A stretch of 36,755 bases of DNA from a virus (lineage: Duplodnaviria; Caudoviricetes), in the IMG/VR virus record IMGVR_UViG_3300045961_000143, positions 1 through 36,755 of that record. One strand, 5' to 3'. This document shows, piece after piece, positions 16,791-24,931 of this stretch (its first letter is position 1; every line of letters starts with the position of its first letter). The translations under genes were made by a program, and so were the position numbers. The notes under the pieces were generated by a model that saw only the letters and a list, made by a program, of their open reading frames with translations, did not search any database and had not been told where the DNA came from.

Positions 16791-17399
16791 TCACGCATCC
16801 GAGGGGCCTTCCTGCCCCTTCTGCGCTGTCTGGCCCTGCTCACCGCCCGCCGCCCGCCCGTCAGACGTGCCCACCGGATCTTTAATCCGGTACTTACCGC
16901 CCGGATCTCGTTCTAGATCAACGACTTGCGTGACCTGCTCGATCGGTTGTGCCGTTGTTGTGCCAATTGACCGGCCGCCAAGCCAGCTCAGCTGCACCTG
17001 AATGCCGCCCTCGACGTTGGCATTGATCTGCGTCGGCAGCACCTTGGCCACCAGGCCCACGAACGCGGCTCTGTCGCTGCTGGTGCCCTCGGCCAGCTTG
17101 GCCAGGTACTGAGCCCCACCGACCTGGTCGAACGCCTCCAGCACGGCCTCGCGCAGGTTGGTGAGCTTGTTCTTGACGCCGAGCTGGCGGCCCTTCGCCT
17201 CGGGCGTCGGCTGCCCGTTGCGCGGGCTCACCGCGAGCCCCTTCGGGCGCGGCTTGCCGTCTCTTGGATTCCAGGGCTTTTCCGGCTTTTTTGCGTCAGA
17301 CTCGTTACTGACCGTGGAGTCAGTATCAACGGGCATCGCGGCTTGAAGCACAGCCGCCTGCAGCTGCTGTCCAAGGGTGTCTTGCTGCGTCGTCATCAT
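16791..17399 (-). CDS. terS: Terminase small subunit (202 aa)
   Basis: GRQLGVKNKLT...AFDQVGGAQYL...AFVGLVAKVLP motif, upstream of terL. Confidence 0.8.
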   Translation of the reverse strand: MMTTQQDTLGQQLQAAVLQAAMPVDTDSTVSNESDAKKPEKPWNPRDGKPRPKGLAVSPRNGQPTPEAKGRQLGVKNKLTNLREAVLEAFDQVGGAQYLAKLAEGTSSDRAAFVGLVAKVLPTQINANVEGGIQVQLSWLGGRSIGTTTAQPIEQVTQVVDLERDPGGKYRIKDPVGTSDGRAAGGEQGQTAQKGQEGPSDA

Positions 17400-17572
17400 G
17401 GCTCGATTCTCGCACCACGCAGCGCATTGACCGCGCCCAGAGCACCAGCGACCGCCAACGCAACCACCCAGCCCTCGGCCTCAACCATCAGCCACACCGA
17501 CATGGCCAGCAGCCACCAGGCAGCCGCGCTCAGATCCCTGGCCAGTGCTCTGGCCTTGACTTCCCAATTCAT
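17396..17572 (-). CDS. Small membrane protein (58 aa, MNWEVKARALARDL...), not in the ORF track
   Basis: ATGA overlaps at both ends and two hydrophobic segments. Confidence 0.6.
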   Translation of the reverse strand: MNWEVKARALARDLSAAAWWLLAMSVWLMVEAEGWVVALAVAGALGAVNALRGARIEP

Positions 17573-17814
17573 GCGTTTCCCCTCTCAACAAAATTTTGCA
17601 CACGCTCCCCCCCTACCCCTACAGAGCGGGTGCATGTGCAGGTGCAAACCCCCTTTTTGGGGGGTGTTTGCACCACCTGCACTCGGTCAGCATGTGCTAG
17701 CTCGTGCACAGCGTGTGCAGCGTGTGCAGATGGCCCGAAAATGCGCTCCCAGCCATCCTGAAATCCTTGCCCAGGCCGTCGCCCAGATCCCTTGCCGCCG
17801 TCTGACGCGCTCAT
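17569..17814 (-). CDS. Small protein MSASDGGKGSGRRP...WERIF (81 aa), 3' half overlaps the ori-like repeats
   Basis: GGKGS..RP...W.RIF is a recurrent small phage-protein motif. ATGA coupling at both ends. Confidence 0.55.
   Translation of the reverse strand: MSASDGGKGSGRRPGQGFQDGWERIFGPSAHAAHAVHELAHADRVQVVQTPPKKGVCTCTCTRSVGVGGERVQNFVERGNA
17590..17730. other. Candidate replication origin/primase recognition site
   Basis: Dense TGCA(C) repeats in both orientations, GCGTGTGCA tandem repeat, long imperfect hairpin at 17636-17682. Confidence 0.5.
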
Positions 17815-18017
17815 GCCTTCCCCCCGTTCTTGATCCACACCGCAAAACTGGCCGCTGTGTCGCCAAAGGGCAGCTGTGCGCACTCCTTGGCCAGGCGATC
17901 GCGCTCGGCCTGGATGGCTCGCTGCCATGTGCGCAGGAACACGTCCAGCTCCTCCCGCGTTGGCTCACCCAGCGCTCGGGTGATCTCCACCCATGCGTTC
18001 TTCATTGCTTCGTTCAT
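17811..18017 (-). CDS. Hypothetical protein (68 aa)
   Basis: Coupled ORF with AERDRLAKEC motif. Confidence 0.7.
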   Translation of the reverse strand: MNEAMKNAWVEITRALGEPTREELDVFLRTWQRAIQAERDRLAKECAQLPFGDTAASFAVWIKNGGKA

Positions 18018-18199
18018 GTGTTCTTCTCCTTCAGTTTTGAACTCTTGTAATTCACCGAAACGATGCGCTCCAAGAAATATTCTTCACCACAACTGTTGCA
18101 AGACGCTATCGTGTCGCCATCCAAGCCGGGGCCAAAGTTAATCTCCCAAGCATCCTGCTCAACGTATCCGCAGTGTGGGCAAATTGGTTTGCTATCCAT
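18014..18199 (-). CDS. Zinc-ribbon protein (61 aa)
   Basis: CPHC...CNSC, GGAG RBS, ends KEKNT. Confidence 0.75.
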   Translation of the reverse strand: MDSKPICPHCGYVEQDAWEINFGPGLDGDTIASCNSCGEEYFLERIVSVNYKSSKLKEKNT

Positions 18200-18377
18200 T
18201 GTTCTTCTCCAAAAAGTCTTCGCACTTGCGCTTCCAGCCCCAAGAATCCTTGAGCCAGTACACAGGCGCATAAAAGCGAGGCTTGTGCAGCATGGCGCAG
18301 ATCAGCGTTGGCTTAGGTTGCGCTCTCATGGTGGCGTGTTTGCACTGATCGCAGTGTTGGGTTTTGATCTTGCTCAT
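18192..18377 (-). CDS. Cys-rich small protein (61 aa, MSKIKTQHCDQCKH...)
   Basis: CxxC...C...C pattern, coupled to the downstream gene. Confidence 0.65.
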   Translation of the reverse strand: MSKIKTQHCDQCKHATMRAQPKPTLICAMLHKPRFYAPVYWLKDSWGWKRKCEDFLEKNNG

Positions 18378-18379
18378 AA

Positions 18380-18517
18380 TCAATACCCCCACCGAATACG
18401 GAAACAGATCAGATACAGGTGCAACACAAACTCGTTGCCGCCAGCAAAAAATCCAACAGCAAAGCACGGCCACTTCCTCGGGAAAAACTCGGTTGTTAGG
18501 TGCAGGCTTTTTCTCAT
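18380..18517 (-). CDS. Small hypothetical protein (45 aa, MRKSLHLTTEFFPRKW...)
   Basis: Translated manually. ATGA overlap and AAGGAA RBS. Confidence 0.5.
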   Translation of the reverse strand: MRKSLHLTTEFFPRKWPCFAVGFFAGGNEFVLHLYLICFRIRWGY

Positions 18518-18657
18518 TTTGTTTCCTTTTCTTTTTCAACAAACTTCGTTGGTGGCAGCTTTCCATTGATGACAGCGCATCTACCACACCTTGCAAGCAC
18601 ATTGATGGATGGAGCGTATGGTGCATTACAGCTTTTGCAGTAGTCAGCGGCTGTCAT
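18514..18657 (-). CDS. Small CxxC-CxxC protein (47 aa, MTAADYCKSC...)
   Basis: Translated manually. Starts in the GGAGAAGAACACATGA junction. Confidence 0.6.
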   Translation of the reverse strand: MTAADYCKSCNAPYAPSINVLARCGRCAVINGKLPPTKFVEKEKETK

Positions 18658-18989
18658 GTGTTCTTCTCCAAAAGCTGTTTCACTTCCTCATACACATCAT
18701 TCCTTGCAGGATTGTCAGCCTCACGTTTGTCCCATCCTGCGTAGCGCATCTCGGTTTCGCAGCCTTGCAGCAAGTCATACATCTCGCGCAGGCAGTCCGC
18801 AGACTTGCCGTGCAAGGGCCACTGCATTGTCTTTTCCAACATAGCGGCAAGGCGCAATGGCTTTGGTAGTTTTCCGATCCGCACAAGTTCTGCGGTGTCT
18901 TCTTCGGCGTTGTATTGGTCTTGTTTATTCATGCTCGTGGCTCCTGTAAAAATTTGGTTGGTTTTGTACGTTGGGTAAGGGTTGCTCAT
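18654..18989 (-). CDS. Hypothetical protein (111 aa, ends LLEKNT)
   Basis: Starts at an AAGGAGAACACATG junction. An alternative internal start with SD lies at 18932. Confidence 0.7.
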   Translation of the reverse strand: MSNPYPTYKTNQIFTGATSMNKQDQYNAEEDTAELVRIGKLPKPLRLAAMLEKTMQWPLHGKSADCLREMYDLLQGCETEMRYAGWDKREADNPARNDVYEEVKQLLEKNT

Positions 18990-19186
18990 GTGTTCTCCTT
19001 GTTTTCGGGTTGTTGCCAATACCACTCTCGAAACTTATAGTAGCTTTGCCATCCACCGTATCTCTCCATTACTTTGTGGGCAATGAAATTGCTCATGCGT
19101 AAAAGCCCAATCAACGCCAACAAAATCAACATCCAACCAGCACAAATAGCAGTCAACCATCCCATAACAAAAAACATATCGTTCAT
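18986..19186 (-). CDS. Small membrane protein (66 aa, ends NKENT), AT-rich
   Basis: Hydrophobic N-terminal helix and junction motif at both ends. Confidence 0.7.
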   Translation of the reverse strand: MNDMFFVMGWLTAICAGWMLILLALIGLLRMSNFIAHKVMERYGGWQSYYKFREWYWQQPENKENT

Positions 19187-19422
19187 GTGTTGCTCCTTGC
19201 TCGGATGATTTCAGCGGCTCGCTTCGTTGCCAAACCGGGGTGCAGGTCATCACACACCTTCGCACAAGCCTCACGCTCGTCAGCGATAGCGTCAGCACGG
19301 ACAATCTCGGCAAAGCGTTCAAGCTGATCCACGTTGAATGTGTGTGTTGGCCTGTCTGGGTAGTGGCGGTTTGTGTATGCCGTTGCTCCCACAGACCGCG
19401 CCATTTCAATTACGGTCTTCAT
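19183..19422 (-). CDS. Hypothetical protein (79 aa, EREACAKVCD...IRARSNT)
   Basis: Recurrent phage accessory motif with junction motif at both ends. Confidence 0.75.
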   Translation of the reverse strand: MKTVIEMARSVGATAYTNRHYPDRPTHTFNVDQLERFAEIVRADAIADEREACAKVCDDLHPGLATKRAAEIIRARSNT

Positions 19423-19976
19423 GTGTTCTCCTTGATGTTGTGGGCGGTTTCGGTGGCTCGGGCAAAAGCGTGTTCAAGCTGTCGTCCTTGTACTGTTGCG
19501 TATGCTTGTTTCATGCACTGCTCAATCTCCTCATCCGTCAGCCCAACCCATTGCCGCTGTGCTGCGAGTTCTTTCCCTCGTTGGACTCCACTCATGTAAG
19601 CAATGGTTAATTCATCGCCGTGGTCAGGCTCCTGCACAGGTGCTGAACGGGCTTGCTTGATGGCGGTGATGGCTTTGTCCACCAGTTTCTCGTCATGCCA
19701 CTGTCTTCCCCCGTCTGTTATGTGACCTACGCCACAAGACTCCAGCGCTTCCAGCGCCAGCTTCAATGCTTCGTCTTTGGTCACAGTCGCTGCCCCTGCC
19801 TGCTCGATGGCCGTGCTCAGGGTTTCCATCGCGGCCGTGCACGTCACAAACAAGGCCTTGGCCTCGCTGTGGTGCGTGACGAGCATGCTGTCCACCGGGA
19901 CACCAAACATCGCCGCGTAAAAGTCCAGCGCCGACTTGATTGCCGCCTGTGCCTGCTTCATTGCTTCGATGCTCAT
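19419..19976 (-). CDS. Mosaic hypothetical protein (185 aa)
   Basis: MSIEAMKQA start, TKDEALKLALEALE, QEP and WVGLTDEEI modules, ends IKENT. Confidence 0.75.
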   Translation of the reverse strand: MSIEAMKQAQAAIKSALDFYAAMFGVPVDSMLVTHHSEAKALFVTCTAAMETLSTAIEQAGAATVTKDEALKLALEALESCGVGHITDGGRQWHDEKLVDKAITAIKQARSAPVQEPDHGDELTIAYMSGVQRGKELAAQRQWVGLTDEEIEQCMKQAYATVQGRQLEHAFARATETAHNIKENT

Positions 19977-20158
19977 GTCTTCCTCCGGCTTGCTTTGGCC
20001 ACCCAGCACGCTGCGCAGATCCAGCGCGTGGGGTTCATTTGGATGCCACCCTCGGGCGGCTTCTTTTCCTCGCACTGGGTGCACAGCTTCAGGCGCTGGG
20101 CGTTGCGTAGGTTGGTTGTGCTGTTGGGCATGTGCAGTTGGTTCTTTACAAAGCTCAT
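19973..20158 (-). CDS. Zinc-finger protein (61 aa)
   Basis: CTQC...WICAAC, ATGA overlap with the primase stop. Confidence 0.7.
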   Translation of the reverse strand: MSFVKNQLHMPNSTTNLRNAQRLKLCTQCEEKKPPEGGIQMNPTRWICAACWVAKASRRKT

Positions 20159-22302
20159 TCTTCGTCCTCTCGTTGTGCCCATGTGGGCGGTGCACCGCTG
20201 CCCAGCGCCACACGCGTCTGGCCAGCTGGCGTGAGCACCAGGCGCGTGCCCTCGGTGCGGTTGGCCCTGGTGTATTGCTGCTGAACGATCAGGTTCTCGT
20301 ACTCGAGCTCGCGCACCAGGCCAAAGAAGTCCTTGCGGCCCAGCTGGTTCGGGAACCCTGGCGCGTTGCGCAGGGACACGTAGGCGTTGTTGTTGGCGTT
20401 GATGTTGGTGGACAGGTTCGCCCCCGCGTTGGCCGCATCCCCGATCAGTCGGAGAATCGCAGCGCGTTGTCCGTTTCGCACCAGCGTGGCCGCAGCCTTG
20501 AGGCCTGGGCTTGTGCCAAAGCGCTTGAACACCTTGGAGCCTGGATCGAACTCGATGCGCAGCTCCTCCTGCAGCGGACCCAGGTTGCACTTCTCATGGC
20601 GCAGCACGACGTTGTTGGCGTCACGCACCATCGCCCAGCGCGAGCGGGCTGAGTTGTTCCAGGCTGTCGAGCCCGAGAACGTGGTGTTGCTGTCCAGCCC
20701 TGCCCCACCGCGCACGCTGGCCTTGTCGACGTGCGCCAGCAGCAAGACGGCGGCGCGTGTGACGTTGGCGATCAGGTTGAGCGCACGCATGAACCCGCGC
20801 ACCTCGGTGCGGTCGTTCTCGTTGGCCGCGAACACGTCTGACGCGTTGTCGATGATCACCACGTTGGCCTGGGTGGCCACGGTCACATCGGCCAGCCACT
20901 GCATGCGCTCGGTGACAGCGCCGTCCTTCCACAGCACGCAGTCGGCCTGCGTCAGGTCATAGACGATCAGGCGATCGCGCAGCTCTGACATGCTCAGGCC
21001 CAAGTCCTGGCAGATGTTGGCCACGCGGAAGTGGACGGTGCGGGCCTCGTCCTCGCCGGACAGGATCAGCACCTTGGATGGCTTGGTGGCCAGGTCAAAC
21101 AAAGGCATGCCCTGCGCCAGCGCCACGCCCAGCTGCAGGGACAGGTTGGACTTGCCGACGCCACCGTTGGCGCTCAGCAATGTGACGGTGCCCTCGGGCA
21201 GCCAGCCTTCCAAGCGCCACTCGGTGGGCTCGGGCTGGGCGTTGGCCAGGTTGCCCCAGTCCATCGGCTGCAGGTCACCGACCATTGCGAGGGGTTGCTC
21301 AATATGGTCAGGCTCATCCTGTGACCCTGCGGGCACGGACAGCTTGACGTTGATGGTCGGCGGCTGGCGCTCCTCGGGGGCGAACTTCTCGGCCGACTTC
21401 ACGGCGCGGGGGATCTCTTGGCGGCGCGACTCCCAGCGACGCAGCTCCTCGGGGTCGCCGGGCCTGACCTGGTCCATCAGGCTGTAGAGGAAGTCCACGG
21501 CCGCGCCGGGGAACATGCCACCGGCCACCAGACTGGCGGCCAGGCGGGTGATGCTTTCGTGATAGACGCGGGTGTTGGGGTTGGGGTCGGTCAGGCCGGC
21601 GATCATCTCGCCTGCGTGATTTGTTGCGCCAGTTGTTGAAGACTGTGTTTTCAATGGCTGGGCGGCTGTCCGCAGACTGTCTAGGTCAATTCCGACAGCC
21701 GCGCAGGCGTCTTCCAGGCTCCAGCGGACGTTCGGCTGCCAGACTTCCAGCTTGACCTGCCACTCGCCGGCCGGGCGTGGCTTGGTGTTGGTGCCGCCTG
21801 GCAGGCGCACGTACCGCACGCAGGCATTGCCCGAGGCGTCATTGCTGCGGCCGCGTGCGGCCAAAGCCGACATAAGCCGGTCGATCAGCTGCCTGTTCCT
21901 GGTATCGGTATCGTCACCATCGAGAAAAATGCCTACTTGGAACTTGCCTGGCGATGTTTGCAGGGCGTAGGAAAAGCCTTGCACGTCATGGAGCTGCACG
22001 TCGTCCAGGACAAGAACAGCAAGCCGGACAAAGGCCGACTTGTTTCGAGCGATCTCCCCGTCGGGCGTTGCGGTCAGGACCGACGTGCAAAAGTAGGTGT
22101 TGTCTTGGACAGATCGATCGATCGAGGCCGCCTGGTTGGGCAGGCCTTTGTAGGAGCGGCCAGCCCAGACGGTGGGCGGCGCGTTGTTGGGGTCAGCGCG
22201 GAACGAGCACACCCAGCCGTGGGTGCCTGCTTCCATCTCGCCGTAGATCTCCGCGAGGAAGTCGCTGTTGGTCATCGTTGGTGCTCCGACGACCATGCTC
22301 AC
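20155..22302 (-). CDS. Primase-helicase (RepB-like primase domain plus RepA/AAA_25-type helicase)
   Basis: LVLDD...QTSPGKFQ...RLPGGTNTK primase motifs, ANGGVGKS Walker A, VIIDN Walker B, LLAH, GSTAWNNSARS. Confidence 0.9.
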   Translation of the reverse strand: MSMVVGAPTMTNSDFLAEIYGEMEAGTHGWVCSFRADPNNAPPTVWAGRSYKGLPNQAASIDRSVQDNTYFCTSVLTATPDGEIARNKSAFVRLAVLVLDDVQLHDVQGFSYALQTSPGKFQVGIFLDGDDTDTRNRQLIDRLMSALAARGRSNDASGNACVRYVRLPGGTNTKPRPAGEWQVKLEVWQPNVRWSLEDACAAVGIDLDSLRTAAQPLKTQSSTTGATNHAGEMIAGLTDPNPNTRVYHESITRLAASLVAGGMFPGAAVDFLYSLMDQVRPGDPEELRRWESRRQEIPRAVKSAEKFAPEERQPPTINVKLSVPAGSQDEPDHIEQPLAMVGDLQPMDWGNLANAQPEPTEWRLEGWLPEGTVTLLSANGGVGKSNLSLQLGVALAQGMPLFDLATKPSKVLILSGEDEARTVHFRVANICQDLGLSMSELRDRLIVYDLTQADCVLWKDGAVTERMQWLADVTVATQANVVIIDNASDVFAANENDRTEVRGFMRALNLIANVTRAAVLLLAHVDKASVRGGAGLDSNTTFSGSTAWNNSARSRWAMVRDANNVVLRHEKCNLGPLQEELRIEFDPGSKVFKRFGTSPGLKAAATLVRNGQRAAILRLIGDAANAGANLSTNINANNNAYVSLRNAPGFPNQLGRKDFFGLVRELEYENLIVQQQYTRANRTEGTRLVLTPAGQTRVALGSGAPPTWAQREDEE

Positions 22303-22541
22303 ACCTCAACGGCGGCAAGCTCCTTGAGACCGATGCGCACGCGCTGGACGCGTGCCATCTGCATAAGTTGCGGCCAGTACCGCTGGGGGATCAGGCCCCC
22401 GGTGCCCTGTGGGCTGGGCTGGCACCAGCGCGAGAGCGTGGACTTGTCCAGGCCCAAGTGCTGGGCCACGGACGACTTGCCTCCCAGTTTTTCGATCACC
22501 GTGTAGGCGGGCTCAAGCGTATGGACGACGGGAATGCTCAT
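22299..22541 (-). CDS. cro: Cro-like HTH regulator (80 aa)
   Basis: VIEKLGGKSSVAQHLGLDKSTLSRW...GGLIP HTH, divergent from the repressor, GGAG RBS. Confidence 0.85.
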   Translation of the reverse strand: MSIPVVHTLEPAYTVIEKLGGKSSVAQHLGLDKSTLSRWCQPSPQGTGGLIPQRYWPQLMQMARVQRVRIGLKELAAVEV

Positions 22542-22558
22542 GTGTTTAACTCCAATGG

Positions 22559-22575
22559 GTTGCGATTGACTCAAC
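22559..22575. promoter_or_regulatory. Putative operator GTTGCG-ATTGA-CTCAAC between cro and cI
   Basis: Pseudo-palindrome in the 78-bp divergent gap, with similar sites genome-wide. Confidence 0.65.
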
Positions 22576-22619
22576 GCAGAGTTTATGACAACCTTGAAAG
22601 ACCCCCTGCAGAGGCCCCC

Positions 22620-23201
22620 ATGAATACCGAGTGGTTTCGTCAACTATTAGCCACGCGCAAGCTGTCGCAGCGTGGTCTGGCCAAGCTCATGGAGCTGGAC
22701 CCTGCGGCGGTGTCGCTGATGCTACGCGGCCAGCGCAAGATGACGAACGAGGAGGCTCACCAGGTGAGCCTGATCCTTGGCGTGCCGATCACCGAGGTGC
22801 TGCGCCAGGCGGGCATCGAGGTCAGCGACGACGTCAGGCGCGTCAAAGTCGCTGGACATGTTGACGAACAGTCCACCGTCACGCTGTTCCCCAAGCGCAC
22901 GCACGATAAGGTGATTGGCCCGGCCGACTGCCCCGAGGGCACGTATGCACTGCAGGTGCGTGCCAGCAGCTCACCGACTGATGGCTGGATGATGTTCGTG
23001 TCTCCCTCTGAGGATGACCCACGCGCACACCTTGGCCAGCTGTGCTGCGTGGCGCTCGACAACGGCGATCACGTTGTTGCGTTCGTTCATCGCGGTTATC
23101 GCTCGGGCACATTTAACCTGGTCCACTCAAGTGGCAAGGTGCTGCGCACTGACGCCAACGTCGTCTGGTCCTCACGCGTCATCTGGATCAAGCCGCAGTA
23201 A
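22620..23201 (+). CDS. cI: CI-like repressor: XRE HTH plus degenerate S24-like domain (193 aa)
   Basis: KLSQRGLAKLMELDPAAVSLMLRGQRK HTH and C-terminal YALQVR segment, divergent from cro. Confidence 0.85.
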   Translation: MNTEWFRQLLATRKLSQRGLAKLMELDPAAVSLMLRGQRKMTNEEAHQVSLILGVPITEVLRQAGIEVSDDVRRVKVAGHVDEQSTVTLFPKRTHDKVIGPADCPEGTYALQVRASSSPTDGWMMFVSPSEDDPRAHLGQLCCVALDNGDHVVAFVHRGYRSGTFNLVHSSGKVLRTDANVVWSSRVIWIKPQ

Positions 23202-23244
23202 ATCAATGTGGAGTAAATAACCCCACGCTCTTGTCGGGTTACGT

Positions 23245-23278
23245 ATTGGTGAATTCTCATCGTTGTGTTCAAATCACC
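23245..23278. promoter_or_regulatory. Tandem putative operators upstream of the early operon
   Basis: ATTGGT-GAATT-CTCATC (23245-23261) directly followed by GTTGTG-TTCAA-ATCACC (23262-23278). Confidence 0.5.
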
Positions 23279-23319
23279 CCATCGCGCTTTTGCGATGCAA
23301 CGAACGAGGAACCCAAACC

Positions 23320-23538
23320 ATGAACCCGAACCGCAAAGATCATCTGCAGCACACAGTTAAGTTTGGCCCCACCTGTAGGGGTGGTCGCTTTGGTGCCTCT
23401 CTTGGTGGCCGTGAGCACATGACAGTGCCTGCTGCGCAATTTTTAGCACTTGCTCCCAACCTTCGGTGCGAGCGTTGCGCCAGCAGCAAGCTGTTTGCAT
23501 TTTTGCAGCGCCAGGCCCAACGCGCTGCCGCCAACTAA
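23320..23538 (+). CDS. Small early protein (72 aa)
   Basis: GAGGA RBS, H...C...CERC motif, lower GC. Confidence 0.65.
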   Translation: MNPNRKDHLQHTVKFGPTCRGGRFGASLGGREHMTVPAAQFLALAPNLRCERCASSKLFAFLQRQAQRAAAN

Positions 23539-23565
23539 GCCAAACAATCAAAAGGAACCCAAACG

Positions 23566-23742
23566 ATGAAACAGTCCCACCTCACCACCCCCCGCACTTT
23601 AAACGAGTGCCACTTCACGCCCGGCTACACAAGCCACGGTCCGCAAAAAGAAACCCTTGGCGAGCTCATTGCCGGGTACGCCCTGGCTGTGGTCATTGGC
23701 GTTGGCCTGGCCGCCCTGCTGGTCGCTTGGTGGAGCAGCTGA
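23566..23742 (+). CDS. Small membrane protein (58 aa, MKQSHLTTPRTL...), not in the ORF track
   Basis: AAGGA RBS, TPRTL.EC.F motif and a C-terminal TM helix. Confidence 0.7.
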   Translation: MKQSHLTTPRTLNECHFTPGYTSHGPQKETLGELIAGYALAVVIGVGLAALLVAWWSS

Positions 23743-23743
23743 C

Positions 23744-23938
23744 ATGAGCAACGAAATCACATCCCTCGACGAATACAAGAAGGGCCTGGAATGCTTCGAC
23801 TGGTACTACAACTACAGCGACGACTACAGCGTGTGGTCCAGTGGGCAAAGGCGCATGGGCGAGCTGACAGCCGCGCAAAAGAAGTTCGATCCCGACCGCA
23901 CCATCTGGGAAGAGGTGCGCGACAGGAAAATGAAATGA
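23744..23938 (+). CDS. Hypothetical protein (64 aa, DWYYNYSDD motif)
   Basis: GGAG RBS, coupled ORF. Confidence 0.75.
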   Translation: MSNEITSLDEYKKGLECFDWYYNYSDDYSVWSSGQRRMGELTAAQKKFDPDRTIWEEVRDRKMK

Positions 23939-24120
23939 AGTGCCCGCGCTGCGGCGCGTGGACTGAAGTTCTTGAGACGCGCCAGGCAGCAGACAACGTC
24001 ACACGCAGGCGCTACGAGTGCGCCAACGAACACCGATTCACGACGATCGAGCTCCTGAAGCCCGGTTCGATTCCCACGCGCAAGGTGCGCGACCGCGCAG
24101 ACAAGTCACAAGAGGACTGA
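23935..24120 (+). CDS. NrdR-N-like zinc-ribbon protein (61 aa)
   Basis: MKCPRCG...VLETR...RRRYEC...RFTTIE mirrors the NrdR N-terminal domain. Confidence 0.8.
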   Translation: MKCPRCGAWTEVLETRQAADNVTRRRYECANEHRFTTIELLKPGSIPTRKVRDRADKSQED

Positions 24121-24165
24121 TGCGTTTTTCACAATCCCACGACGACCCACCACCAGGAACACAAA

Positions 24166-24912
24166 ATGGCTTTTGATCTCTCATCTATTCAGCGCACCAA
24201 GCGCATGCGTGCACCCAAGATCGTGCTCGCTGGCCCCGGCAAGATCGGCAAGACGACCTTCGCCTCGATGGCCCCCAACGCGATCGGCATCTTGACCGAG
24301 GACGGCGCGGACGCGGTTGATGCTGCGGCCTTCCCACTGGCCACCAGCCTGGACCAGGTCTACGAGGCCATCACCACGCTGCTCAACGAGGAGCACGAAT
24401 ACGGCACCGTGTTCGTTGACTCGCTCGACTGGCTTGAGCCCCTGATCCATGCGCACGTTTGCAAGGCCAACAAGTGGGCCAGCATCGAGGCCGCAGGCTA
24501 TGGCAAGGGCTACATCGCGGCCGCTGACGAGTGGCGCACGCTGCTCAATGGCCTGGAGGCTTTGCGTGCTCAGCGCAACATGGCCGTGATCCTGATCGCG
24601 CACGACAAGATCAAGCACTTTGAGTCGCCCCTGCACGACGGTTACGACCAGTACGTGCTCAAGCTGCACGACCGCGCTGCCGCGTTGGTGCAGGAGTGGG
24701 CCGACGTCATTGGCTGGGCCAACTACCGCATCGTGACCACGCAGTCCGACGCCGGTTATGGCAACAAAGAAACCAAGGCCCGCACGACGGGCGACCGAAT
24801 TCTTCACGTCGAACCGCACCCCGCTCACATGGGCGGCAACCGGTTTGGCTTGAAGAACATGAAGCTCGATTGGGCTGAATTCGCTGCGGCTTTGACCGCT
24901 TCACAAACTTGA
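24166..24912 (+). CDS. Sak4-like/AAA_24 ATPase (recombination)
   Basis: GPGKIGKTT Walker A, VFVDSLDWLE, LIAH, EWADVIG; followed by an SSB-like gene. Confidence 0.88.
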   Translation: MAFDLSSIQRTKRMRAPKIVLAGPGKIGKTTFASMAPNAIGILTEDGADAVDAAAFPLATSLDQVYEAITTLLNEEHEYGTVFVDSLDWLEPLIHAHVCKANKWASIEAAGYGKGYIAAADEWRTLLNGLEALRAQRNMAVILIAHDKIKHFESPLHDGYDQYVLKLHDRAAALVQEWADVIGWANYRIVTTQSDAGYGNKETKARTTGDRILHVEPHPAHMGGNRFGLKNMKLDWAEFAAALTASQT

Positions 24913-24931
24913 AACTAGGAACTTTTCAAAC

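Noticed and set aside
21954-22619. Long N-terminal extensions from the ORF track (cI 415 aa; also lysozyme 262 aa, RuvC 217 aa, tail hub 591 aa)
   Set aside because: They overlap neighbouring genes. The downstream starts have an RBS or translational coupling and match domain boundaries.
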